In this document: piece by piece, positions 11,956 through 20,845 of the stretch
How positions within the stretch are numbered: the stretch's first letter is position 1
How the letters are laid out: each line of letters starts with the position of its first letter
Source: Gammaproteobacteria bacterium
Lineage (GTDB): Bacteria; Pseudomonadota; Gammaproteobacteria; CBDBNL01; JAAOII01
DNA: 64,000 nucleotides
Direction of reading: 5' to 3'
Assembly: GCA_965209035.1 (NCBI GenBank)
Contig: OZ242372.1
Location: 1,920,001-1,984,000 of the forward strand
Program-made: the position numbers and the translations under genes
The notes under the pieces: generated by a model
The model's database searches: none
Seen by the model: the letters and a program-made list of their open reading frames with translations, nothing else
Told to the model about the DNA's origin: nothing

Positions 11956-13107
11956 ATGCGTTTATGGGAAGACGAATCACCGGTGTCAAACAACGGTTCA
12001 AAATCTAAAGTGGAAAACCGCAAGGTTGCCACATTAAATAGCGAGAAGCCGGGTCCTGTGCCGGGTTTTACAAACATAAAAAAAGGAGGCGCCCGTGTTC
12101 GGGTGGATGACAAGGCGATCATTAATAGTCGCGCCGATGTCAATCAACTGGTACCTATTAAATATAAATGGGCATGGGACAAGTATTTGTCGGGCTGTGC
12201 CAATCATTGGATGCCCACGGAGGTTAGCATGGCGAAGGATGTATATACTTGGAAGGCGCCGAACGAATTGAGTGACGACGAGCGACTGATGCTAAAGCGC
12301 AATCTCGGTTTTTTTGCTTCCAGTGAATCTTTGGTTGCCAATAATATTGTTTTTGCCGTTTACCGTCATTTGACAAACCCCGAATGCCGCCAATATCTGT
12401 TACGGCAGGCATTTGAAGAAGCAATTCATACGCATACTTTTCAATACATCGTGGAAAGCCTCGGCTTGGACGAGGGAGAAGTTTTTAACTTGTACCGGGA
12501 GGTGCCGAGTGTGCACAACAAGGCCGCATGGGCGTTGGATCATACCAAAGAATTGGAAGATCCGGATTTCCGTACAGGCACAGTTGAAAAGGATCGCCTG
12601 TTCGTCAAAAATCTTGTGGCACTTTATGTCTGCATGGAATCTCTTTGGTTTTATACGGGTTTTGCCCAGGTATTGTCTATGGGAAGAAGAAACAAAATGA
12701 CCGGAATTGCCGAACAGTATCAATACATCATGCGAGACGAATCGCTGCACTTTAATTTTGGCTTTGATGTGATCAATCAAATACGGGCGGAAAATCCCGG
12801 TCTTTGGGACGGTCCGTTTGAGAAGCGAGTCATTCAAATGATTCACGAAGCACTTGAATTGGAAATTGCGTATGCGCATGACACAATGCCGCGCGGTCTT
12901 TTTGGAATTAACGCCAATATGGTGGAAGACTACATGAAGTTCATCGCCAACCGCCGCCTTTCCCAACTGGGTCTGCCAAGCGAGTTTCCCGGTGTGACCA
13001 ATCCCTTCCCCTGGATGTCCGAGATGATCGATCTTGACAAGGAAAAGAATTTTTTTGAAACACGTGTTACGGACTATCAAACAGGCGGGCAGTTAAATTG
13101 GGATTAA
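11956..13107 (+). CDS. nrdB: Ribonucleotide reductase beta subunit, class Ic (R2c)-like
   Basis: Ferritin-like R2 with [15 protein letters not shown] and [10 protein letters not shown]; Glu at the first metal ligand and Phe at the radical-Tyr position. Confidence 0.95.
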   Translation: MRLWEDESPVSNNGSKSKVENRKVATLNSEKPGPVPGFTNIKKGGARVRVDDKAIINSRADVNQLVPIKYKWAWDKYLSGCANHWMPTEVSMAKDVYTWKAPNELSDDERLMLKRNLGFFASSESLVANNIVFAVYRHLTNPECRQYLLRQAFEEAIHTHTFQYIVESLGLDEGEVFNLYREVPSVHNKAAWALDHTKELEDPDFRTGTVEKDRLFVKNLVALYVCMESLWFYTGFAQVLSMGRRNKMTGIAEQYQYIMRDESLHFNFGFDVINQIRAENPGLWDGPFEKRVIQMIHEALELEIAYAHDTMPRGLFGINANMVEDYMKFIANRRLSQLGLPSEFPGVTNPFPWMSEMIDLDKEKNFFETRVTDYQTGGQLNWD

Positions 13108-13214
13108 TTGCCGTCCGTAAGGCAACCCACAAAATTCCCGTTCATTCGGTGGTAACCCCGCATTAGCATTACCGGCATTAATTATTGTATTAATTAAAGG
13201 AAGACGGGCATAGT

Positions 13215-14795
13215 ATGTTACGGGAGACTTCGGTCCGACAATTGGATGAGGTCACCCTGTGGGATCTGGTTATTATAGGAGGCGGTGCGGCCGGCTTGGG
13301 CAGTACTTTGGCGGCGGCGCAAAAAGGATACAAAACACTCCTTTTGGAAAAAGGAGGATTTGCCGGCGGAACTTCCGGTCGCAGCAGCAAAATGATTCAC
13401 GGCGGTGTCCGCTATCTCAAACAAGGGGATCTTGCTATGGTGCGTCTTTCTTTGCGCGAACGCGAGCATCTTTTGCGAACTGTGCCCGGATTGGTGAAAC
13501 GACAGGAGTTTGTGATCCCTGTTTACACTTATGCGGACGCCGTAGTTTACCGTGCCGGTATGCTTCTTTATGATCTTTTGGCGGGGAAGAGAGACAGTTA
13601 TTTTTTGAGTCCCCGCCGAGTAACCGAGGAACTGGACGGCATCAAGAGCCGCGCTCTTAAAGGCGGAGTCGTTTATGGCGACGGTGTCTTTGATGATACG
13701 CGTTTTGCCATTACACTGGGCTACGCGGCGGACAAAGCCGGTGCCACACTCATCAACCATGCTCCCGTGGTTGGGTTTGGCAAGAATGCGAAAGGTAAAA
13801 TCGCCTCGGTCCAATTTTTGGACAAGGAAACCGGGCGCGAGCATGAAGTGAAATGTCGTTGTGTCATTAATGCCTGCGGAACCTTTGCGGATAAAATTCG
13901 CATGACGGATAATCCGACCGCACCCGAACTACAAACCATTAGCCAAGGCAGTCATATTATCTTACCGCTTTCCTTTTTGGGAACGCGGCGCGTTACCCGG
14001 GGGATGATGGTTCCGAAAACCACGGACAACAGAGTTCTGTTTTGTTTGCCTTGGCATAACAAACTTCTGGTAGGCACCACGGATATTACGATATCCAACC
14101 CGAGTGATGCCCCTGTTCCCACGCATACCGAAGCGAATTTTATCTTACAAAATTGCGGCGCGTATCTTACCAAGCAACCGGATGAATCGGATATTCTCAG
14201 TGCCTTTGCGGGGCAACGCGCTCTGTGCGGCAAAGGTGCGGCAACAAAAGACATTAGCAGAGAATATCACCTGGATGTGTCCGCTTCCGGCTTGATCAGT
14301 ATTTTGGGAGGCAAGTGGACAACCTATCGTGTTACTGCCGCGGCTGCTGTCAACCGGGCGGCTTCTTTTTTGGGTAACAATAAGCAAGCCCGCGAGAAGG
14401 GCGGGGACCGGCATAACAACAGCCGCAATGGCCACCATGGCCCGGCTGCGGCATTTCTTGAATTGGAATGCCTGTCAAAAAAGGTGCATGCCGAGAACAA
14501 GGAATATGCCGAGCCCATTCATCCCAAACTTCCCTACAGCCGCGGCAATATAGTCTGTGCCTTACGCCATGAGATGGCAAGAAACCTCACGGATCTTTTG
14601 ACAAGACATACGCGCTCGGTGATGCTGGATCGTCTGAGCGCCTTGGAATGCGCTCCCTCCTTGGCGCATTTAATGGCAAAAGAAATGAAACGCGACGCGC
14701 GCTGGGAACAGCGGCAATTAAAAGAATTTTACAAAGCGGCGGAAGAATACCAATTTCCGCCCCAATCACCGCCGGGGCAACCGCCGGCAAAGTAA
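13215..14795 (+). CDS. glpD: FAD-dependent glycerol-3-phosphate dehydrogenase
   Basis: IGGGAAG, GTSGRSSKMIHGGVRYL, GGKWTTYR. Confidence 0.92.
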   Translation: MLRETSVRQLDEVTLWDLVIIGGGAAGLGSTLAAAQKGYKTLLLEKGGFAGGTSGRSSKMIHGGVRYLKQGDLAMVRLSLREREHLLRTVPGLVKRQEFVIPVYTYADAVVYRAGMLLYDLLAGKRDSYFLSPRRVTEELDGIKSRALKGGVVYGDGVFDDTRFAITLGYAADKAGATLINHAPVVGFGKNAKGKIASVQFLDKETGREHEVKCRCVINACGTFADKIRMTDNPTAPELQTISQGSHIILPLSFLGTRRVTRGMMVPKTTDNRVLFCLPWHNKLLVGTTDITISNPSDAPVPTHTEANFILQNCGAYLTKQPDESDILSAFAGQRALCGKGAATKDISREYHLDVSASGLISILGGKWTTYRVTAAAAVNRAASFLGNNKQAREKGGDRHNNSRNGHHGPAAAFLELECLSKKVHAENKEYAEPIHPKLPYSRGNIVCALRHEMARNLTDLLTRHTRSVMLDRLSALECAPSLAHLMAKEMKRDARWEQRQLKEFYKAAEEYQFPPQSPPGQPPAK

Positions 14796-14819
14796 CTTCA
14801 AAGTAACTTCAAAGTAACC
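14791..14819. repeat. Short tandem repeat, (AAGTAACTTCA) about 2.6 copies, between convergent glpD and aroE
   Basis: agtaacttcaaagtaacttcaaagtaacc read directly. Confidence 0.7.
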
Positions 14820-14827
14820 GGGGGGAG

Positions 14828-15685
14828 CTATTTGGTGCGATGGCTTTCTCGCAGTTTTTTCAACACCGAGTGCGTATCCGGCGTCCGGTCGGCGAGGTCT
14901 TTGTTCCAAATCATAAAACTGAGTGCCGCCTGCTCCGCGAGCATTCCCAACCCGTCGGCAATCCGGAAAACGCCTTTCTTGCGCGCAAGATGCAGAAAAG
15001 GCGTGTCTTGTTTTTGATCGTAAGAGAGATCGTAAACACACATATGCGGCGAGATAAGGCTTGACAAAGCATTTAAATTACCGGGGTTATGAGACACCGA
15101 GGTCGCATTGATCAAAATAGCATAATCCTCTTTAATTTTTGCAAATTGTTCCGGCACCGAACAAGAGATACGCGGTGAATTAAAATGCGCCACCAGCTCT
15201 TCGGCATTGCTATGAGTGCGGTTGACGACAAGAATGCCGTCCGCCCCGGCGTTTAGAATATCCGGAATGATGCCGTAAGCCGCCCCGCCGGCCCCCAGAA
15301 TCGCCAGTCGTTTATTTTTTATATCCCATTGCAGATGTTGTTCCAGATCCCGCACCAACCCGGCGCCGTCCGTATTGGCACCGCCTATACGCGCTGCACT
15401 GTCGCCTTCAAGAAACAGCGTGTTCACCGCCAGTGCCTGTTTGACAATGTCGGACTCCGTCCCCCGCCCCCGGCGAACCAATTGCCAGGCCCTTCGCTTA
15501 AAAGGCAAGGTGATATTCAATCCGCTCCCCCCCTTGTCAAAAAAGTCCCAAACATCCCGTTCAAAATCTGTCGGCTCCCGCAGGGTGTAAGAAATTTCAA
15601 GCCCTGTTTGTTCCGCAAACATAAGATGAATGCGGGGCGAAAGGCTATGCCGAACCGGGCTGCCAAAGACGGCGAAGGTTCTCAT
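14828..15685 (-). CDS. aroE: Shikimate dehydrogenase
   Basis: HSLSPRIH, NITLPFK, AVNT, NTDGAG, GAGGAA, DGLGMLAEQAA. Confidence 0.96.
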   Translation of the reverse strand: MRTFAVFGSPVRHSLSPRIHLMFAEQTGLEISYTLREPTDFERDVWDFFDKGGSGLNITLPFKRRAWQLVRRGRGTESDIVKQALAVNTLFLEGDSAARIGGANTDGAGLVRDLEQHLQWDIKNKRLAILGAGGAAYGIIPDILNAGADGILVVNRTHSNAEELVAHFNSPRISCSVPEQFAKIKEDYAILINATSVSHNPGNLNALSSLISPHMCVYDLSYDQKQDTPFLHLARKKGVFRIADGLGMLAEQAALSFMIWNKDLADRTPDTHSVLKKLRESHRTK

Positions 15686-15901
15686 ACTAACGGACGGGCA
15701 AGAAAACGAAACAAAACAAAACGAAGCGGGCGCATATTCCTATTATGCTTGAAGTCCGTGCAAAAACAGAGGACCGCCCGGGTTTTACCGCCTGTTTCTC
15801 TTTCCGAATGACCTTCTTCTTGTTATAATAATGTCCGTATGATTAAAAAAATAATTGGTAAAACATTAATGCGGGGGCAATATTAAAACGATGCCAAAGA
15901 A

Positions 15902-16510
15902 ATGTTAGATGCTCCCCTGCGCAGGGTGATTACCCCCGGCTTGGAAAAAGTCGGTAACTACCTGGCACGCGGTTTCTTGTCGGCAAACCTGATGACTGTC
16001 GGCGGTTTCGCTTGCGGTATTCTTGGCTGTGTCGCCATTGCAATGCAGTTTTATTTTTTGGGGCTTGGTCTGATTCTCGCCAATCGTATGGCGGACATAC
16101 TGGACGGACTCATCGCGAGAAGACGCGACGGCACCACGGATTATGGCGGTTATTTGGATATTGTTCTGGATTTTTTCATCTACTCGGCTGTTCCTTGTGC
16201 TTTTGTTTTTGCCAATCCGGCAAACGGCGCAGCCGGCGCACTCCTTATGTTAAGTTTCATGGGGACAGGTTCCAGTTTCCTCGCGTACGCCATCATTTGT
16301 GCCAAGCGCGGCATTTCTACCGAGAAGCGCGGTAAAAAGAGTTTTTATTATCTGGGCGGACTGGTGGAGAGTGTGGAAACCACCATATTTTTTGCCGCTT
16401 TTTGTATTTGGCCGGCTTATTTTGTGCCGCTGGCTTATGTTCTTGCCATCATCTGTCTTTTGACCTTTGCCCTCAGGGTCTATGAGGCATCAAGGCAGTT
16501 TAATTCTTAA
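15902..16510 (+). CDS. CDP-alcohol phosphatidyltransferase family protein (YnjF-like)
   Basis: DILDGLIARR...GGYLDIVLD motif; KSFYYLGGLVE typical of YnjF. Confidence 0.88.
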   Translation: MLDAPLRRVITPGLEKVGNYLARGFLSANLMTVGGFACGILGCVAIAMQFYFLGLGLILANRMADILDGLIARRRDGTTDYGGYLDIVLDFFIYSAVPCAFVFANPANGAAGALLMLSFMGTGSSFLAYAIICAKRGISTEKRGKKSFYYLGGLVESVETTIFFAAFCIWPAYFVPLAYVLAIICLLTFALRVYEASRQFNS

Positions 16511-16558
16511 AAAAAGAACATACTTGAATAATTTATTAGTTAACAAAAAAACATTATC

Positions 16559-18049
16559 ATGACAAAAAAAATATATCATCATATTAATGGTGCCGAGCAT
16601 CGGGGGACATCCGCCGAATTCGGTAAGGTGTATCGGCCCGCCACCGGAGAAGTCGGCGGCGAGGTTGCTATTGCCAATAAAGCGGATGTGGAAAGTGCCA
16701 TAGCTGCCGCAACAGCGGCTTTTCCGGCCTGGCGCGCCACCACACCGATTAAAAGATCGCGCATCTTGTTTAAGTTCAAACATCTGCTGGATAAGCATTC
16801 CGGCACCCTTGCCCGATTAGTTTCGGAAGAACACGGCAAGGTTCTAAACGACGCCAAGGGCTCGGTCACTCGCGGGATCGAAGTCGTGGAGTTTGCTTGC
16901 GGAATACCGCAGTTGTTGAAAGGCGAATATTCGGAAGATGCCGGCACCGGCATAGATGTAACATCTGTGCGGCAGCCCATCGGCGTATGCGGCGGCATCA
17001 CGCCGTTTAATTTTCCGGCAATGGTCCCGCTTTGGATGTTTCCCATGGCAGTCGCCTGCGGGAATACCTTTGTCCTCAAGCCGTCGGAAAAGGATCCTTC
17101 TTGCTCCAACTTTCTTGCCGAACTGGTGATGGACGCCGGCTTACCCCCCGGCGTTCTGAATGTGGTGCACGGAACCAAAGAAGCGGTGGATACCATCCTG
17201 AATGATGCGCGCGTCAAGGCGGTTTCGTTTGTCGGTTCCACGCCGATTGCTCGTTACATTTATGAGACGGCCGCCCGCAACGGCAAGCGTGTTCAAGCAC
17301 TTGCCGGGGCAAAAAATCATATGTTGGTCATGCCCGATGCGGATATGGACATCGCCACGGCGGCCGCTTTGGGTGCCGGCTACGGCTCCGCGGGCGAAAG
17401 ATGTATGGCAATTTCCGTTGTTGTTGCGGTGGGAGATAAAACCGCCGATGACTTCATAGCAAAAATCAAGCCCAAGGTGGAAACATTAAAGATTGGCAAC
17501 AAAGAAGATGACGATATGGGGCCGCTGGTTACCGCCGACCATCTTGCCAAGGTCAAAAGTTATGTGGATCTCGGTGTTGAAGAAGGAGCGGAATTGGTCG
17601 CGGACGGGAGAGGTTTTTCGCTTCCCGGCCATGAAAAAGGGTTCTTTCTTGGCGGTTGCCTGTTTGACAAGGTTAAGCCGGATATGCGCATTTACAAAGA
17701 AGAAATTTTTGGTCCTGTGTTGTCCGTAGTGCGGGTCCCGGACTACGAGACAGCCGTCAAACTGGTTGATGAGCATGAGTTTGGCAACGGCACCGCGATC
17801 TTCACCCGAGATGGCGGACTGGCGCGCGATTTTGCCTATCGTGTTCAGATCGGTATGGTGGGCATCAATGTCCCCATTCCTGTGCCGATTGCCTTCCATA
17901 GTTTCGGCGGTTGGAAAAGTTCTCTGTTCGGCGATATGCACGCCTACGGCCCCGAGGCGGTGCGGTTTTATACCAAACTCAAAGCGATTACATCCCGTTG
18001 GCCCAAAGAATCCATTAATCCGGAATTCGTCATGCCGACAATGCGGTAA
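16559..18049 (+). CDS. mmsA: CoA-acylating methylmalonate-semialdehyde dehydrogenase
   Basis: ITPFNFPAMVPLWMFP, KPSEKDP, GAKNH, GERCMA, INVPIPVP. Confidence 0.95.
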   Translation: MTKKIYHHINGAEHRGTSAEFGKVYRPATGEVGGEVAIANKADVESAIAAATAAFPAWRATTPIKRSRILFKFKHLLDKHSGTLARLVSEEHGKVLNDAKGSVTRGIEVVEFACGIPQLLKGEYSEDAGTGIDVTSVRQPIGVCGGITPFNFPAMVPLWMFPMAVACGNTFVLKPSEKDPSCSNFLAELVMDAGLPPGVLNVVHGTKEAVDTILNDARVKAVSFVGSTPIARYIYETAARNGKRVQALAGAKNHMLVMPDADMDIATAAALGAGYGSAGERCMAISVVVAVGDKTADDFIAKIKPKVETLKIGNKEDDDMGPLVTADHLAKVKSYVDLGVEEGAELVADGRGFSLPGHEKGFFLGGCLFDKVKPDMRIYKEEIFGPVLSVVRVPDYETAVKLVDEHEFGNGTAIFTRDGGLARDFAYRVQIGMVGINVPIPVPIAFHSFGGWKSSLFGDMHAYGPEAVRFYTKLKAITSRWPKESINPEFVMPTMR

Positions 18050-18061
18050 CAACTCCCAACA

Positions 18062-18100
18062 CCCTTACAGGGGTTCTGGCCCGCGGAACCTCTGTAAGAG
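18062..18100. terminator. Long imperfect hairpin just after mmsA, facing convergent prpC (possible terminator)
   Basis: cccttacaggggttc / gaacctctgtaagag inverted arms with a 9-nt loop; no clear U-tract. Confidence 0.45.
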
Positions 18101-18315
18101 TGGCGGCCGGCGGCGGTGAGAGATGGAAGCGTCTTGGTGCTGTTTGACTGCTTTTTGTTGTTTGGCTGTTTAACTGCCTCGCCGAAAAACCCGTCTTAAG
18201 ATATCTCCGAAGAGAAACTAACCCCGAATTTTCGGCGGCGGTTCTTTACTTGTTCCGATTTTTATTCCAATTTTTAGGGGGAGGATAAAAAGTAGCTTAA
18301 AAATCTCTTAAGAAT

Positions 18316-19449
18316 TTAAGAACGCTCCGCCAAAGTAACATAAGCCCGTTGCGGCGGCCCCACATAGTCCGCATTGGGTCGAATTAATCTGTTATCCTTG
18401 CGTTGTTCCATAACATGCGCCGCCCAGCCGGACATGCGGGAACACACGAACAACGGAGTAAACAACGAAGTGTCTATACCCAGATAATGATAGGCGGAGG
18501 CACTGTAAAAGTCCAAATTGGGGAACAGCTTCTTTTCGTCCCACATCACTTGCTCAATAGATTCCGATATTTTGTAAAGAAGATCGTCTTTGTTATTTTG
18601 GGCAAGTTTCTGTGACCAGGATTTAATCACCTCGTTGCGCGGGTCGGAAATACTATACACCGCATGGCCAAATCCCATGATCTTTTCCTTGCGTTGCAAC
18701 TTGCCGCGCACCCCGTCGGCTGCCTCGTCCGGTGTCTTGTAAGCACTGATCAAAGCAAATGCTTCCTCGTTGGCACCGCCGTGTAGTGGGCCGCGCAGGG
18801 CGCCTATCCCGCCGGTGATGCACGAATAGATATCCGCCAGTGTTGCCGCAATCACCCGAGCGGTAAATGTGGAAGCATTGAATTCGTGCTCGGCATAAAG
18901 GATCAGAGAAACATCCATCGCCCTGATACGTAGTTCCGAAGGAGACTCATCGCCAAGCATAGTCAGTATGTGGCCGGCCAGACTGCTCGCCGAGCTTTCG
19001 GTATCCGTTCTCCGGCCTTCCCGGACATAACGAAACCAGTATGTCATCATACCCGGAAAGGTGGCGAGTAGCCTTTTGGCAATGCGCATTTGATCCGCCC
19101 GGGTTTCTTCTTTTTCCAGGGTCCCCAAAACGGAACAGCCGGTTCGCATAACATCCATCGGATGGGCATCCGCCGGAATGGCTTCCAGAACTGTCCGGAG
19201 TTCCCGCGGCAACTTCCGCAATTTTTGTAGTTCCGAGGCATAGGCACGGAGTTGAGTTTCCGTAGGCAACTCGCCGTGCAGCAGAAGATAAGACACTTCT
19301 TCATAACCGGATTTTTCGGCAAGTTCCAAAATGTCGTAACCATAGTAGGTTAACCCTTTTCCTTCAATGCCGCAGGTGCATATCGCGGTTTGGCCTGCGG
19401 TAATGCCGCGCAGCCCGCGGCCGTCCTGTGATTTTTTAACTTCGTTCAT
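18316..19449 (-). CDS. prpC: 2-methylcitrate synthase
   Basis: YAEHEFNASTF, GPLHGGANE, MGFGHAVY, FPNLDF; adjacent to prpB. Confidence 0.95.
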   Translation of the reverse strand: MNEVKKSQDGRGLRGITAGQTAICTCGIEGKGLTYYGYDILELAEKSGYEEVSYLLLHGELPTETQLRAYASELQKLRKLPRELRTVLEAIPADAHPMDVMRTGCSVLGTLEKEETRADQMRIAKRLLATFPGMMTYWFRYVREGRRTDTESSASSLAGHILTMLGDESPSELRIRAMDVSLILYAEHEFNASTFTARVIAATLADIYSCITGGIGALRGPLHGGANEEAFALISAYKTPDEAADGVRGKLQRKEKIMGFGHAVYSISDPRNEVIKSWSQKLAQNNKDDLLYKISESIEQVMWDEKKLFPNLDFYSASAYHYLGIDTSLFTPLFVCSRMSGWAAHVMEQRKDNRLIRPNADYVGPPQRAYVTLAERS

Positions 19450-19485
19450 AATTGTAATATTTGGTAGTATGTATTAATAATCTGT

Positions 19486-20382
19486 TTATTTATTCCGTTC
19501 GGTGTCTTCTTGCTTGCCGGCAAAAAGAGAGTCCAGTTTTTTTTCATAAGAATAATAATCCAACACTTCGTAAAGTTCCTCCCGGGTTTGCATACTGTCC
19601 AGAACATCTTTTTGTGTTCCTTGTTCGGCAAGAGTCGCATACGCCATTTCGGCGGCACGGCTCATAGCCCGAAATGCCGACAAAGGATACAACGCCAAGG
19701 AAACGCCCGCCGCCCGCAACTCGTCCAAAGTCCACAAGGGGGTCTTGCCAAACTCGGTAATATTGGCGAGGATCGGCAGACCGGTCGCCCGGGCAAACTC
19801 CCGATACTGACCGAGGTCTTCCGCCGCCTCGGCAAAAATCATATCCGCGCCGGCGTCGCGATAAGCAACCGCTCTTGCCAAAGCGGCTTCCAATCCTTCG
19901 TTCGCCAAGGCATCTGTGCGCGCCATGATCACAAACTCGCTGTTTTGTCTGGCGTCCGCGGCCGCCTTGATCCGATCCGCCATTTCTTCGGTATGCACCA
20001 GCATCTTGGAAGGCCTGTGTCCGCATCGTTTTTGCCCGACTTGATCTTCCAGGTGCATACCGGCAACGCCGGCCCGTTCCAGTTCTTTGACAGTGCGGGC
20101 AATGTTGAATGCGCCTCCCCAGCCCGTATCCGCATCCGCCAATAGCGGCAGATTGACCCGTCCGGTAATGCGTGCCGCATCTTCCGCGACATCCGCAAGC
20201 GCGGTAATCCCCAGATCCGGCAGACCAAAAGACGCATTTGCCACACCCGCACCCGAAAGATAAATTGCCTTGAAGCCGGCTCTTTGGGCAAGAAGGGCAC
20301 TGTATGCATTGATGGCCCCGACCACCCGCAAGGGTGTTTCGGTTTTTAATGCGGTCCGCAGACTTGTTTCTTTGGTTAGCAT
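19486..20382 (-). CDS. prpB: 2-methylisocitrate lyase
   Basis: [35 protein letters not shown]. Confidence 0.96.
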   Translation of the reverse strand: MLTKETSLRTALKTETPLRVVGAINAYSALLAQRAGFKAIYLSGAGVANASFGLPDLGITALADVAEDAARITGRVNLPLLADADTGWGGAFNIARTVKELERAGVAGMHLEDQVGQKRCGHRPSKMLVHTEEMADRIKAAADARQNSEFVIMARTDALANEGLEAALARAVAYRDAGADMIFAEAAEDLGQYREFARATGLPILANITEFGKTPLWTLDELRAAGVSLALYPLSAFRAMSRAAEMAYATLAEQGTQKDVLDSMQTREELYEVLDYYSYEKKLDSLFAGKQEDTERNK

Positions 20383-20845
20383 ATTATTATTTTACCTTAT
20401 TTTATAAACCCCTTAAACTTGGCGCGGTGACCTGCCGGCTTCAAGTTAGTGATTCGTTAATAGTTGCACCTCAAAGAGTATCTTTAAAAAGAATTAAATT
20501 GCAAATCCGGCATCATTAACGGATCTTTTCCAAACTCCGATCATGCAAAACGGTTCAAGCCCGGACTGCCTCAAAACAAGAACCGCCCCCGGATATTAAC
20601 CAAGTTCGGGGAGTGTTTGTCTTAAGCAAACAATAAAAAAGGGAATTATATACTTGACAACTATTGAAAGGACACTTTTTGATTTCCCGGCCCTCAATAC
20701 TTCCGCCAAAGAATTGGCTGATTCCTAATCCGGCAAAGGATTGGGAAATCTTTTGATTTTGTAAAAGAGATGCCCGGTTAACCGGGTTTGTTAATTAAGA
20801 AGATAAAATTCGCTTTGTGACACGCAGCCCCGCGCTGCTTGATAT

